A stretch of DNA of 64,000 nucleotides from Octopus vulgaris. Taxonomy: Eukaryota. Numbering within the stretch: the stretch's first letter is position 1; each line of letters starts with the position of its first letter. The stretch lies in NCBI GenBank assembly GCA_951406725.2, contig OX597817.1:118978001-119042000 (forward strand), given 5' to 3'. Shown here piece after piece: positions 24,296 to 37,375 of this stretch. Below the pieces are notes generated by a model. It was given only the letters and a program-made list of their open reading frames with translations. It was not told the origin of the DNA and made no database searches. Position numbers and translations under genes: made by a program.

Positions 24296-25899
24296 AGAAC
24301 ACACACACACACATGTATATACACGCACTTAACCACACACTATAATTTAGATAGATTGGTAATGAAGTGAATAGTATACGTAAAAGAGAACTAAATAAAT
24401 TGAAATATACCTTTTAGTAGGAGAAAGGAAAACAATAACTAGCAGTAAAATTTATTAGCGACTCTCAAGAGAATGGGGAAATAATTTCCAAAAACTTGAA
24501 ATTAATGTCACAGAAAATTGAATTTTCATGCTTGGTGTGAGAATTAATAAGCGAATTAATTCTCAAGCCTGTTTTGAGTAGTATACAGATTCTTTACATA
24601 CAGAAACGCAAAAGAATTTTGACCCTAAGAAAGCTAACGACACGAAATGAAATGGAATGTTGATAAAATTCTTACGCTACTTACTGGATGTGAGTGTGCG
24701 TGCTTGCATGTATGCGTGCATGCGCACAATCATTCACTCACCCACGAACACAAAAAATTCTAAATGAACTGAAAAATACGTATCCCTATGTATCTACAGG
24801 TGCGAGTGTAACACATACACACACTCACACACATACACACACAGAGGACACATATGAATACAACATATGTTTGAGTGAGTGTCTGTGTGTGTAAAATAAA
24901 AGTGTTGACTAACATAAGAGAATTTCCCAAATGAAAGAACTACATTGTGTATATTTCTTTGATGTTGGTCAGCTAGGAGAGAGAGAGAAGCGGGTGAGAT
25001 GGGTGGATATGTACGTATACATAATATGTACGTGCGAATATATAATGTCTGTATATATTACACACAGGTGTGCGCGTGTCTAAGGAGAGAGAGAAAGGCA
25101 TCCTTATATATATGGTAAACAGAAAGACGTGTGGTGAATTAGACTGTTACAATGTTGTATACACACACAATGAAATACAGAGATATATTACATGTATACA
25201 CGTGATAGACAGACAAACAGGCAGACAGAAATAGATGGATAAGATATAAGGAGATAGAGATGAATACAGAAAGAGAATACGAAATCTAAGTGTAATAATT
25301 TCCAAGAGAACGACGATGACGATGATGATGGTGGTGATGATGATGGTGGTGGTGATCACGCTGTCGCTAACAACGACACCGACACCTGACAAGGTGTTGA
25401 ACTTTCCCTGTGACATAGTGGAGGAAAATTACGATGAGAAAGAGAGAGACACACAGACAGTGAGTGAGGGGGAAAGTTAGAGATGAGGAGGCTAGAGAGA
25501 GAGAGAGAGGAGGGGGTAACCCAAAGAAAGTAAGAGAGAGGTAACCTAAGAGAAATAATGGAGAGCAAGAGAAGGGGAGAGAGAGAGAGGCAAAGAAAAA
25601 AGAGAAAACTGTGAGACGAACATTTCTGTCTTGCCCCTCCGGTTAAAGTTTATCAATTTAAAAACACTTGGTAAGACTTTAAATGGTATATTGATGTATT
25701 TCGATACCTCATTGTCTCACCTACTTACTGCTACACGCGTGCAAATGCCGACAATAGCATTTTTATTTTTTTCACATCTGTACTTACATAAGTACGTACG
25801 TACATACATACACATTCATGTACATGTGTGTGTGTGTATGTGTGTGAGTGTATATATATTTTAAATATTTATAAATAGTAAATAATGTAATATATATAC

Positions 25900-26085
25900 A
25901 TGAATATATGGGTACAGGACGTCACCAACGGTGCAAATAACATGAAATACGTAAACAAACAAGGGGAAAACGAGTGAAGGACGCAAACAACGAGAAAAAA
26001 AATGGAGAACAGGACAAGTAAACACGGAGAAAGGGCCCTTCATCAGCTGTCGGCTGTTTATCTATTCCTCATGGTTTGCGAGCGA
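25900..26085 (-). mobile_element. short Penelope-like pyrimidine-rich element
   Basis: Minus strand GCTCGCAAAC...CTGATGAAGGGC, then a T/C-rich body ending near TA-rich DNA. Classification inferred. Confidence 0.4.
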
Positions 26086-26544
26086 AAAGAAAATTGCACT
26101 CAGATGCATAGAGTTATTCCTCAGTCAACGCAGACAAACACACGCATTCGATAATTTCTAGCATAAAGTCGTTTAAAGTAACGCCTATACTTGACTGGTA
26201 ACTATACTTAATCGACCTGGATAAAAAAGGCAACGTTGATCCCGGTGAATATTAAATTTTGCTAGTCGTTGGTGAACTCCGACTAACCCGCTACTGATCG
26301 GCGTACACAGGATACAGGTGGGTTTAGACCCAACATAGATATAAGTTAATAACAGCATGAGGAGGTCGTGATAACGTCATGATGACCCATGCCATTGATC
26401 GAAAATGGCTAAACGGAATGGAGTTTAACAAGCGCTAACACGCTATGTTAAATATAGCGTTTGACAACGTCACAAGTGTTTTATGTAGAGCGGTTTTATA
26501 TACACCCACACAAACACATAGATATTTTTCTACTGTTCTTTTAT

Positions 26545-26881
26545 CATTTTTACTTGTCTCAATAGTTAGACTGAGACCATGCTGGAGCACCACATTGAAG
26601 AATTTTTAGTTGAATGAATAAGCCCTTATTTGCCTCAGTACATATCTGTTTCTTTGTTAAGCCTGGTACTTATTCTATCAACTTCTTTCGCCGAATCGCC
26701 AAATTACGAGGACGTAAACACAACAAACACACACTCATGACGGGCTTCTTTCAGTTTCCGTCTACCAAATCCACTCACAAAAGCTTTGGTCAGTCCTAGG
26801 GTATAGCAAAAGACGCCCAAGATGTCACACTGGGACTAAACCCAGAACAAGGTAGTTGGGAAGTAAGCTTCTTACCTCCTG

Positions 26882-26885
<4 letters not shown>
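26545..26885 (-). mobile_element. SINE family B
   Basis: ccatgctggagcacc..cgggcttctttcagtttccgtctaccaaatccactcac..gttgggaagtaagcttcttacc. Confidence 0.85.
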
Positions 26886-26960
<75 letters not shown>

Positions 26961-27821
26961 TAAGACAAATGGCAAAATTCATGAAGTGGAGTAGGTAACT
27001 GAGAAAGGAAGGATTGAGAATCATATATAAAGAGATTGTTCATTGGCTGGAAACATAATACACTTTTTCTTAGCCGCAGATTAGATTTAGATGAAAGGTT
27101 CTAGCAATCGCAAGACGTCTTTTTTTCTGTATATCAGAGACTGCATCCTCTTATGCCATATTTTATACCGGTTGTTTTTGTTCTTAATTCGGATCGTGTG
27201 ACGTAAGATTTGGTTTGCTGTTTCTTGTAGTTCGAAAAACTGTATAAGTGCTACCTTGTGTGTGCTACCTCGTGTGTGTGTTTTATCATTTAGTAGGTCA
27301 ACCTTGACCGAGCAAAGTCTATTATAAAAGGTTTTCCTACTACGGCCTGTGTTTTTTAACGGGTGAATCTAGGACATTACCTAAAGCATGTCCTCTTTTT
27401 TAAGATGGTATGATTTACAGGAAATATGGATGATATTCCATGCATGACAAACGACCACGTAAACGTTCCTGCATTAGCTACCGTGTGTGTGTGTATATAG
27501 TTCTGTGCATGGCACTTACCAAACTTGCCATGCATAACTTTGGGTTTTTGAGCTACTGTTGTCGAATGAAAATAATTTGTGTGTGTGTGGTTGTGTGTGT
27601 ATGTGTGTGTGTGCAAGGCACAACACCTAGTTCTTAGGATCATTTTCCATTAATGTCGAATAAAAATGCAAAATTTGTATTCATTTATATTTGTATTCAT
27701 TTATTTATCTTAAAGCAAGCACCACACGGCTAGCGTTCAAATAGGAAACACCAGTTGAGTAATATACACATGTATAAATAGTCATATACATATTCACAAT
27801 TACGAACACATATGAACAAAG

Positions 27822-27862
<41 letters not shown>

Positions 27863-27984
27863 CTATAGAGATAGAGAGAGAAACCCGGAAGTCGTGTCAC
27901 CGGAAGTTTGCTCAAACAACATAAATTTCTCATATAGAGAGACTGACAAAAGCAATTATAAAAGTTTTAATTGCTATATTTATA

Positions 27985-28205
27985 ATCCATTCTACTATAG
28001 CGACAAGGCCCGATATTTTAGAGGAGAGGTCTGTCGATTACATCGGCCCCAGTATTTCACTGGTACGTATTGTATCAAATACGAAAGGATGAAAGGCAAA
28101 GCCGATCTTGACGGAATTTGAATTCAGAAGATTAAAAAAAAATAAAAGCGAGAAAAGTTGCGAAGCATATTGTCCGGCGTGATAACGATCCTGCCAGTTC
28201 GATGC
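27985..28205 (-). mobile_element. SINE family A (tail type 2), degenerate
   Basis: ttctactatag..cgaaaggatgaaaggcaaag..cggaatttgaattcagaa..cctgccag. Confidence 0.8.
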
Positions 28206-28453
28206 TGTTATTATAATAAACCCTACTTTTTACCTACATTTTCCCTTATGTTTGTATATATACATATGAGAGTATATATATAAACATACCAACATATATA
28301 CACACATCCATATACCAACATATACACCACACAACACACACATTCATACCTGTCTACATATGGATTCATTTGACTGTGTAAGTATATCGACACATCCACA
28401 CCACGTAGCTATGCGTACAGCCCTACTGCGCGACATCTTGGGGTACTACAGCA

Positions 28454-28984
28454 CCGGGCGCGAAATTTGTTTTCCCACGAGAGTTCCGGACCCAAGTTAT
28501 AAATTCTTTTGCATACAGCCAATCAGAACTCAACTCTCAAACTGATTTATGAGCGCATAACAAGTGATGGGGGATAAGATAAGGTCACTTGGGTAAGGAA
28601 GGAATGACCATGCTTCTTATCTCTTTTAATAATGCTTGTTCTTATTCCAACCATGGCTGCCTCTGCGTATTTATTTGTGTTGTTTACTTTGTAAAGCAGG
28701 GAAGAGGATTGCTAGCACATCGCCCTCAACTCACATTTTCACCATCCACATCTTCACCCCACCATATGGGGCCCTAACAAAATCCGATAATAGGTATAAA
28801 TGCAAATCTATCTAATTAACTTGTCTCATTCTAAAATCAGGGGTACTTGGCGACTTCAGTTTACTTGGTAGAGTGCGTTTGTTAACTTGACAACAAGGTC
28901 AAGGCGAGCTCTGATTAGCTGTACGCAAATGAGTTCATTACTGGGGTCCGGAATACTCGTCAGAAAATAATTTCGCGCCCCGGG
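28454..28984. mobile_element. non-autonomous DNA transposon (MITE) with ~80 bp imperfect TIRs
   Basis: 28454-28531 (CCGGGCGCGAAATT..TTCCGGACCC..TTTGCATACAGCCAATCAGAACTC) is the inverted counterpart of 28906-28984; flanked by GCA/GCA (or CA/CA). Confidence 0.8.
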
Positions 28985-28999
28985 CAACCAAATCCTTTT

Positions 29000-29330
29000 G
29001 AGTCGATTTGACAGACAGAAACTGTGTGTATATGTATGTGTATGTGAATGAATGAGTGAGAGTGAGAAAGAGAAGGAGGGAAAGAGAGGAGACAGATATT
29101 GTGTGTATGTCCTTGTGCTTGTGTCTGTCCTCACCCCACATCACCGCTTGGTAACCAGTGCTGGTTTGTTTATATCCCTGCAACATAGCGGTTCGGCGAA
29201 AGAGAGATTGATAAGAATAAGTACCAGTACTTTTTAAAAAGTACTAGATCGATTTGCTCAGCTAAAATCCTTCAAGGAAATGACCTAGCATGGCCGCTGT
29301 CCAATGACTGAAACATGTAAAAGATTAAAA
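29000..29330 (+). mobile_element. older SINE family B copy
   Basis: gatttgacagacagaaactg..agcggttcggcgaaagaga..ccttcaagg..agcatggccgctgtccaatgactgaaacatgtaaaaga. Confidence 0.8.
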
Positions 29331-29698
29331 GATAGATACATAGCACATGCACACACATACACACACACAAAGGGCCAATTATGTAGGAGTTCCACCTGCT
29401 GTGGTGTTTATATCTGATTATTTAACATTTCAACTTTGATGGCGCATGCGCGTGACTATACACGGATGCGCGAACGTTGTTGATGAGTGATTAGGTAAAG
29501 AAGAGTAAACAAACCGCGATACCAAGTTTACGCCTTCACTCAATATAGCATGCACTGCAATATCTTCGTAATACACATACAGTTATGTAATAACATAGGC
29601 TAAATTTCGACTTTCATGTTTATTTTTTAATCTAGCAACCTATGGGTGTGTCTCTCTCCCTTTCTCTCTCTCTCTCTCTCTCATACATATATATATAT

Positions 29699-29866
29699 AA
29701 ATGGAACAAAAATGCAATAGAGGGCAATAAAACATTCGGACAGATATACACGATACAAAGGCGGACGGGAGAAACAACAATTAGAAGGACAGGAAAAAAA
29801 GTCAGGGTCATTCGTAGCCTTCTTTCATCAGTCAAGTATACCAGAAGTCCTTACTGTTTCGGGCAT
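29699..29866 (-). mobile_element. short Penelope-like pyrimidine-rich element
   Basis: Minus strand GCCCGAAAC...CTGATGAAAG, then a T/C-rich body abutting (TA)n. Classification inferred. Confidence 0.4.
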
Positions 29867-29906
29867 GTATGTACGTGTATATAATATATAACGGAGTGGC
29901 TGTGTA

Positions 29907-29963
<57 letters not shown>

Positions 29964-30042
29964 GCACACACACATTTTGTATATATATGTACAAGATACA
30001 CACACAAATATTAGGTATATACATGTAGAAGATGTATATATA

Positions 30043-30372
30043 GGCGCAATCCCACTGCGTGACACCCTGGGCGAGTATCTTCTACTATAGCCTTGGAGCG
30101 ATCAAAGCCTTGTGAGTGGATTGGGTAGACGGAAACTGAAAGAAGCCCGTCGCATATATATATATACACACACACGTGTGTGTGTGTGTGTGTGTGATTG
30201 CTTAACAACCGGTATTAGTGTGTTTACGTCTCAGTAACTTAACGGTTCGGCCAAAGCAGCCGATAGAATAAGTACCAAATTTAGAAAGAATAAGTCCTGG
30301 GGGTCGATTTCTTCGACCAAAAGCGGTGCTCCCACATGATCGCAGTTGCATGACAGAAACAAATAAAAGAAT
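30043..30372 (+). mobile_element. SINE family B
   Basis: cccactgcgtgacacc..cggaaactgaaagaagcccgtcg..gatagaataagtacc..ctgggggtcgattt..aaataaaagaa. Confidence 0.88.
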
Positions 30373-30384
30373 AGAAGAAAAGTG

Positions 30385-30440
<56 letters not shown>

Positions 30441-31542
30441 AAGAAAGATATGTATACGAATATATGTGTGATTATACATACGCGAAGAAACTCGTGAGAG
30501 ACATCGATAATCACCTAGTTCGTCAGATGTGCAGGATCAATGCACACGTGTATGCACGCACGCACGCATGCGCACATATAATGGTGTGCTGAAAAAGTTC
30601 GATCGGATTCGATATCACAATGTCACATCTTGGGCAAGTGTCCTTTTTCGCATGGTTGACTCAAGGCTTGTGACTAATAAATTCTGGCTAGACAGGAACT
30701 TTGATTACATTGGTTTTACAGGTCCGTATTATTTCACGGAAAATTCCTTCGAGAATTACCTCAAGTGTCAACATGTCTATGCTATGAATTACTCACCCTC
30801 TTAGACGTTAATCAAACGAGTATTTCTATTCATCGAATGCTCATTGTCGAAGACTCATTGTATGTATGCGCATGTATACACACACACAAATATACAAAGG
30901 GGGTGCTTTGGGTAAGAGAAAATCCAGGAGGATCAGTTATTTATTTATGATTTTATTCAACATATTCCTCTCTCAAATTCAAACACCTATTGTTGCAGTG
31001 GCCTTTCAGTTTTGGGTTTTCGAAACAGCCATTTCGCCACACCCTTAAAGCCAGGAGCTTTTCGGCATACCTTCTTATATCCATACACTTACATGCATAC
31101 ACATACGCACGCACAAACACCTCTCTCTGAGAGACACGTCTGTACTAGACGACTGTTAACTCCAAAATATCGTGAATACACAGTAAGCTTAAGAGACTAA
31201 AGCAAGCTGTGGTGGTAGTGGTGGTGGTGGTGGTTAAAGTAGAGCGTTGACTAACATTTTGTTTAGTAACTTGATTAGGCGAAGATGGGAACCGCTTTAA
31301 TGAAATAACACCCATTCATACAGACATTGGAACTAGTCCGGTGTGGAGAGAGGAGAGAGAACAACTAATTCGGTTATCTTAAAATTCTATTAACTCATAA
31401 CATCACTTGGTAGATGTATGTATGTATGTATGTATATATTTATGCATGTACATATTATATATACATATATGCATATAAATACTTATACACACACAAACAT
31501 ACATATACATGCATACAAATACAAATATACTCAAATATACAA

Positions 31543-31591
<49 letters not shown>

Positions 31592-31634
31592 AATGTATGT
31601 ATGTATGTCTGTATATGTATATATATATTTTTTT

Positions 31635-31775
31635 CCCCACTTCTGCCCCACCTGTGGGAGAGGCTTCCTTGCCCGGATTGGCCTCACCAGCCACCTCCGG
31701 TCTCATAGCAGCAATTCCACCAAATTATGTCAATGGTCATCTTCGAACCCGAAGGACGAACATTATTATTATTAT
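31635..31775 (+). mobile_element. 5'-truncated RTE-clade LINE 3' end encoding a C2H2 zinc finger
   Basis: Peptide [23 protein letters not shown] (Cys at 31644 and 31653), 3' UTR ATGGTCATCTTCGAACCCGAAGGACGAAC, (ATT)n tail; a GC-rich island in TA-rich DNA. Confidence 0.85.
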
Positions 31776-32810
31776 ATGTATATATGTAATTATGATCTGT
31801 GTACTGTCCTCGCAAGATATACTGTGCTGTTTCAATTTTGTTTAAATTCTCCATTTTCCGCTTATTTTTACTGGTCGACATACTTTCCGGTATCCGTAAA
31901 ATATCCTTGATAACATCCTTCAAACCCCACCCAATCACATCGCAATATAACGATTGTCATGTCACAGTAAATCTGGTTATCCGTTTTCACTACAGTTTCA
32001 CTACATTAGAGACAAGATGAAACCAAACGACACAGTGAAAGCAAAGGATAAAAGATACGAGACAACGTGATTGAGGACAAACAGACAAAATAAATATTTA
32101 AATCTATAAATATTTGAATAAACAAGTGACAAACTAAATAATATAGACAGTATAAATTGATCTACTGCATAAGCTACGGATTGAAAGTATCAGTTCCCAA
32201 GATCTCAATGTATTACAGCGGAAGGTGCAGTGACATTTTACCAGTGGTCTTAAAGTTCACTTAAGTACAGTGAATAGCTAATGTGTGTTACAGATCTTTC
32301 TGGAACATCCAAGTGCACAGAACATGAAGCAGAGACAGAATGCTATAAGAAGTCAAGACGACAGCGTCAGCGTCAGCGTCGCTGTTCGACCTGTTAGAAA
32401 TATCAGTCGAATTTTCCACAAATTACACCTAACGAATTCATGTGTTAATCGAGACACTTCGCAAATATGAACAAATAAATTAAAGATAAAATGGGAGAGA
32501 TCATAAATCCAACTAAAAGACAATGTTATGGCCGTGACATTATAATTGATCTTTGGATCTTTTCAAATTATATTTTGTAGTACAGCAAAGACTGGTGCGA
32601 AACAAAATTTATGTAAAATGTAATCAAAACGTTTTCGAGATATTCAGAAACGGATGCTTTCCCGCTGCTTGTATATTTATCGTCACACACACACACACGC
32701 ATACACACGTACAAACATCATGTCATGTACGTATGTCACGTATAATGTCATGTACGTGTGTATGTCTACTCCATCTTGAATGCGTGTGAGTGTTTGTATG
32801 TGTATGTAAC

Positions 32811-33139
32811 ATGGCACTCCGTTACGAAGGCGAGGGTTCCAGTTCAACGGAACAGCCTGTTCGTGAAATTAACGTGCAAGTGGCTGAGCACTCCACAGAC
32901 ACGTGTACCCTTAATGTAGTTCTCGGAGATATTCAGTGTGACACAGTGTGTGACAAGGCTGGCCCTTTGAAATACAGGTACAACAAAAACAGAAAGAAAG
33001 AGTGAGAGAAAGTTGTGGTGAAAGGGTGCCGGTGTCTCGTGGAGTTTCAGGTGTTTTCGCTCAGTAATCACTCACAACGCCCGGTCTGGGAATTGAAACC
33101 GCGAGTCCGCTGCCCTAACCACTGGGCCATTGCGCCTCC
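32811..33139 (-). mobile_element. chimeric SINE: family R head plus 3' module X
   Basis: Minus-strand head GGAGGCGCAATGGCCCAGTGGTTAGGGCAGCGGACTCGCGG as at 7486; 3' part (TTAAGGGTACACGTGTCTGTGGAGTGCTCAGCCACTTGCACGTTAATTTCACG) matches 57220-57400. Confidence 0.85.
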
Positions 33140-34481
33140 ACATGTGTATGTATACACACAGGCTTTCACGCAGCCCATTGCGTTGATTCTTGGCTTTGTA
33201 CTAATACCCACGTTCAGTCATTTTGCCCTCCATAAACAATGTCGACCTCGTCGAATTACTTTCATGCAAACACGTCCATACTCTCATCACCACAACAGAT
33301 ACAAATTTTAAATGTATTTTCTGCATATCTCTGGAGTCAGAAGGGAAGTACAGGGTGCATGACCCATTTAAAGGACCTCCAAGACTGGTGGGCCGAATCC
33401 TGGCCTGAATACTTTAAAGGAGATAGAATCTGCTAAAGGGTACCTAAACTCCAAGCATACGTGTACGTATTTATATGTATGTTATATGAGACACACATGT
33501 AAGAGCTTCGAAGACAGCGAGTAAGAACTGAAACAAATTCATCTAAGAGAAATTATTGGAAGAGGCCAGCTATGTTGTAATGTGGTACTGCCAAACAAAT
33601 ATATGCAGGCAGAAGCAGTCTGTGACACACCGTCACATAGCTAACTATGCGCATCTATGTTCACAGTTAGCTATAAGCATCTATGTTCATACACTCGCAT
33701 AAAGATACGTACACAAAGACATGCAATCCACATATACATACGCACGTACATATATGTGTATAGTCAACATACTAATGCATTCATGCTATTTTATATATGT
33801 ATTTGATATATACGTACGTGTGTATGTATACAAAATGTTTGTGTATGTATGAATAAATATGTAAAAATATGTTTACGCATATATGTATGTATGTATGTGT
33901 GTATGTATGTATGTATGTATGTATGTATAAATATGTGTATGTATGTATGTGTGTATGAAGCGCGCGGAAACACACAAGTACACACACACGTGCTCACGAG
34001 AAGGAATGACTAATGGCGGAGACAGAGCAGGATACATTAAGTAAGGAAAGGCGTTGAAGTTGATTTTAATCAGTTCATATAGTAATACAATTAGATTTTC
34101 GGGTACTCCCAAGGACTTCGATAAAGGCTTATCGGGTATCCATATAAGTGTAACACTAGCAGCAAATATCGCAACGTGTCTGTGCGTAAGGAGAGACGGA
34201 GTAAGTGAGAAGAAATGAATAGAAAATTTTTTTTTTTTTAAATGTGAATATGAAAAGACAATTTTCACTGCTTGCAACCACCAGAAAGATAATGGAGAGT
34301 AAAAAGAAAAGACCATCGATGACGTAAATAAAATGAACCATACTTCGGTTATGTATACAGTTGGGGGAAGACCAACACGTCTCTTTTTTCTCTCTCTCCT
34401 CTCACACACACTCTCTCTCCTCTCTCTCACACACACACTCTCTCCCTCCCACTTATCTAATTTTCCGTCACCCTCTTTATC

Positions 34482-34675
34482 TCGCCATGATAGATCGGTA
34501 GCCACTACACACATTTTTTTCTCTCTCCTTGTTTTTTTCTGTGTCCCTTTCTGTAGAAGAGCGTAGGCTCGAAACGTAAAAGACTTTTTCTATTCCTGAG
34601 CGTTATACTAATACATCTGTTTGTTTTGTGCACCACTTGTCTTCGTCTTTTGTTTTTTTTTCGTGAACTCTCCCT
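34482..34675 (+). mobile_element. short Penelope-like element with variant hammerhead motif
   Basis: cttt-CTGTAGA-a-GAGC-gtag-GCTC-GAAAC-GTA-aaag at 34547-34582; closely similar to 53727-53918; ends at (TA)n. Confidence 0.75.
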
Positions 34676-34803
34676 ATATATATATATTAAAAATTAGGAA
34701 GGCCGGTTTATGGGATTACCTTAGGTTTCCCATAAAGGGTTTATGGTTTTATGGCGTATTGTCAGATTCCCAAAACCTGTTGGCCCATGACCATGTGTGT
34801 ATG

Positions 34804-34837
<34 letters not shown>

Positions 34838-35249
34838 TACATACATAAATGCATTCGTGCTTAATGTATGCACAGTATTTATCTATAGATAAATAGATAC
34901 ATAGACACAATTATACAGGCACAAACACACATACACACACATATATATATAAATGAGAGAGAGAGAGTGTGTGTGTGTATGTGTACATGGACGTAGGAAG
35001 CATGATACCACCGCCCCATCGCCAGTGCCTCCAAGCGAGGTATTTAATCGAAGTGCACAAGTAATTTAATGAGTAGTTGAGACTATGACTTTAGGACAAA
35101 GGTAAATTAACCAAAACACCAACAAAAAAATGGCCCCTAAACACATTACATAACGAGAGTATGGAAAATATAAAAGTTAAGTTAAAACGAACACACATAC
35201 ACACGTTTATGCATATATGTATGCATATGTATGCATGTTATGTGTGTAT

Positions 35250-35442
35250 CTCTTTTCTACTTGTTTCAGCTATTTGACTGCGGCCATGCTGGGGCACCGC
35301 TTTGAAGAACTTTTAGTCCAATGAATCGATTCCATGCTGTCGGTCTCTTTGGCTGAAGCGTTAAGCTACGGGGACGTAAACACACGAACACCGGTTGTCA
35401 AGCGCTGGTGGGGGATAAATACCGGCACAAAGACACACACAG

Positions 35443-35485
<43 letters not shown>

Positions 35486-36138
35486 CAGGTTTCTTTCAGT
35501 TTCCATCTACCAAATCCACTCACGAGGCTTTGGTCAGCCAGATGCTAAAGCAGAAAACACTTGCCCAAGGGGCCACGCAGCTGGACTGAACCCGGAACCA
35601 TGTGGTTGAGAAGCAAGCTTCTTGCCACGCGGCCACGCCCGCTTATTTCTGTAATAATTTTCGCAAGTTTCAATATTGATTGGACGAATCCAAACCTACT
35701 ATTAAAGAGGACAAGGGAATTTTAATTGCAGTCTTTTCTTTTACTTATTTCAGTTAATGGACTGCAGCCATGCTGGGGCACTTCCTTGAAGGGTTTAGTC
35801 GAACAGATCGACCCCAGCACATAGTTTTAAGTCTTGTACATATACTACCGGTCTCTCTTTAACGGAACCGCTAAGTTACGGAGACGTAAAGTAAACAAAC
35901 CAACATCGGCTGTCGAGCGGTGAGGTTGGTGGATTAACACAACACAAATGCATATATATATATATATATATATATTATATACGAAGGACTTCTTTCAGTT
36001 TTTATCTACCAAATCCACTCTAAAGGCTTTGGTCGACTCTGAACTATAATAGGAGACACCAAAATGCAGTGAAGAGGGGGTTAAACCCGAAACCATGTGG
36101 TTGAGAATTAAAGGTCTTACACAGCCACACCTGCACCT
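35250..36138 (-). mobile_element. two SINE family B copies (35250-35642, 35733-36138)
   Basis: Both show the tail gactgc(g/a)gccatgctggggca, central (TA)n and head aaccatgtggttgag in reverse complement. Confidence 0.88.
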
Positions 36139-37229
36139 ATCTGAATAAAATTCTTTTGCGCCTGACGATGTTGCGTCAAGTGCATTTTTCAAGCAACGGT
36201 CAGAAGAAACTATGAAATATGTATTCCTAGTTGCTCATACACAGAATGGAATAAAATAGCAAAAGCTGAAGAATGCATAATTGAAATTCTCTACAAGTGA
36301 TCTCTGGCCTCATAACTTTGAATTAAATAAAAGTTTTATCGTTTACATCTATTTAAAATTATACAGAGCATTTAATTCTCTTAGTAATTTTTTTCCTTTT
36401 TTTTTTTTTTAGCTGAATAGCACAAATATGTGCACAAAGTATGAGCGGCCATCCGTAGATTTCTTAATGTTCTTTCTTATTAAATACATACGAAAACAAA
36501 AATATTTATTTTTAATTATTGAAGAAGAAAAAAAATCAACAACTTCTTTCTTCGTATACGTTGAATAACTATTATTGCACACAACTAACTGTGTTAGTAT
36601 TGAGTAATTTCTTTTAATTGCATTTCACACCAGTGTGAAATGCAATTAAATGTGCATGTGTATGTGTGTGCTCGTGCGCATCCACGTAAAATTTGTATGC
36701 ATATCCGTCTATATTTGTCTTATGTTTTGGGTGCATAGCAATGCATGAGCTTGATGTCAGAGAAGCAAAAAAAAAAGGAGAGAGTATGAGTGAATGAGAG
36801 AGAGAGAGAGAGAGAGAAAGAAAAAGAGTGAGAAATAAAGAGAGAGAGAGAGAGACAGAGAGAGACAGAGAGATGAAAACAATTAATCGAGTCGTCCGAT
36901 AAAGCTATCAGTCAATCAAGTGGAAATGATAAATTAGTAAGCACAGTGTTATCGATCAGTAAGCGTAAGTATATTGATTCATTGATTGAAACGACTGGGT
37001 GGGGGGTGAGGGTGGGGGCAGAGGAGGGAGTTTTAAAGAACAGCATTAACAGCAACAACAGCGACAACTTACAAAGACCAAAACCAACCAACAGCACGAT
37101 GGCAAGAAAAGAGTGTATATATATATATATATATACATATGTATATATATATATTGTCTTTTTTAATCTGATAAGAAATGCAATAGCTTTTAATAACTAT
37201 TTTTATATACATTTTATTTTTCATTTTTT

Positions 37230-37375
<146 letters not shown>

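Noticed and set aside
31593-31910. Host C2H2 zinc-finger gene exon
   Set aside because: A single finger with no TGEKP linker, followed directly by an RTE-type 3' UTR and ATT tail; better explained as a LINE 3' end.
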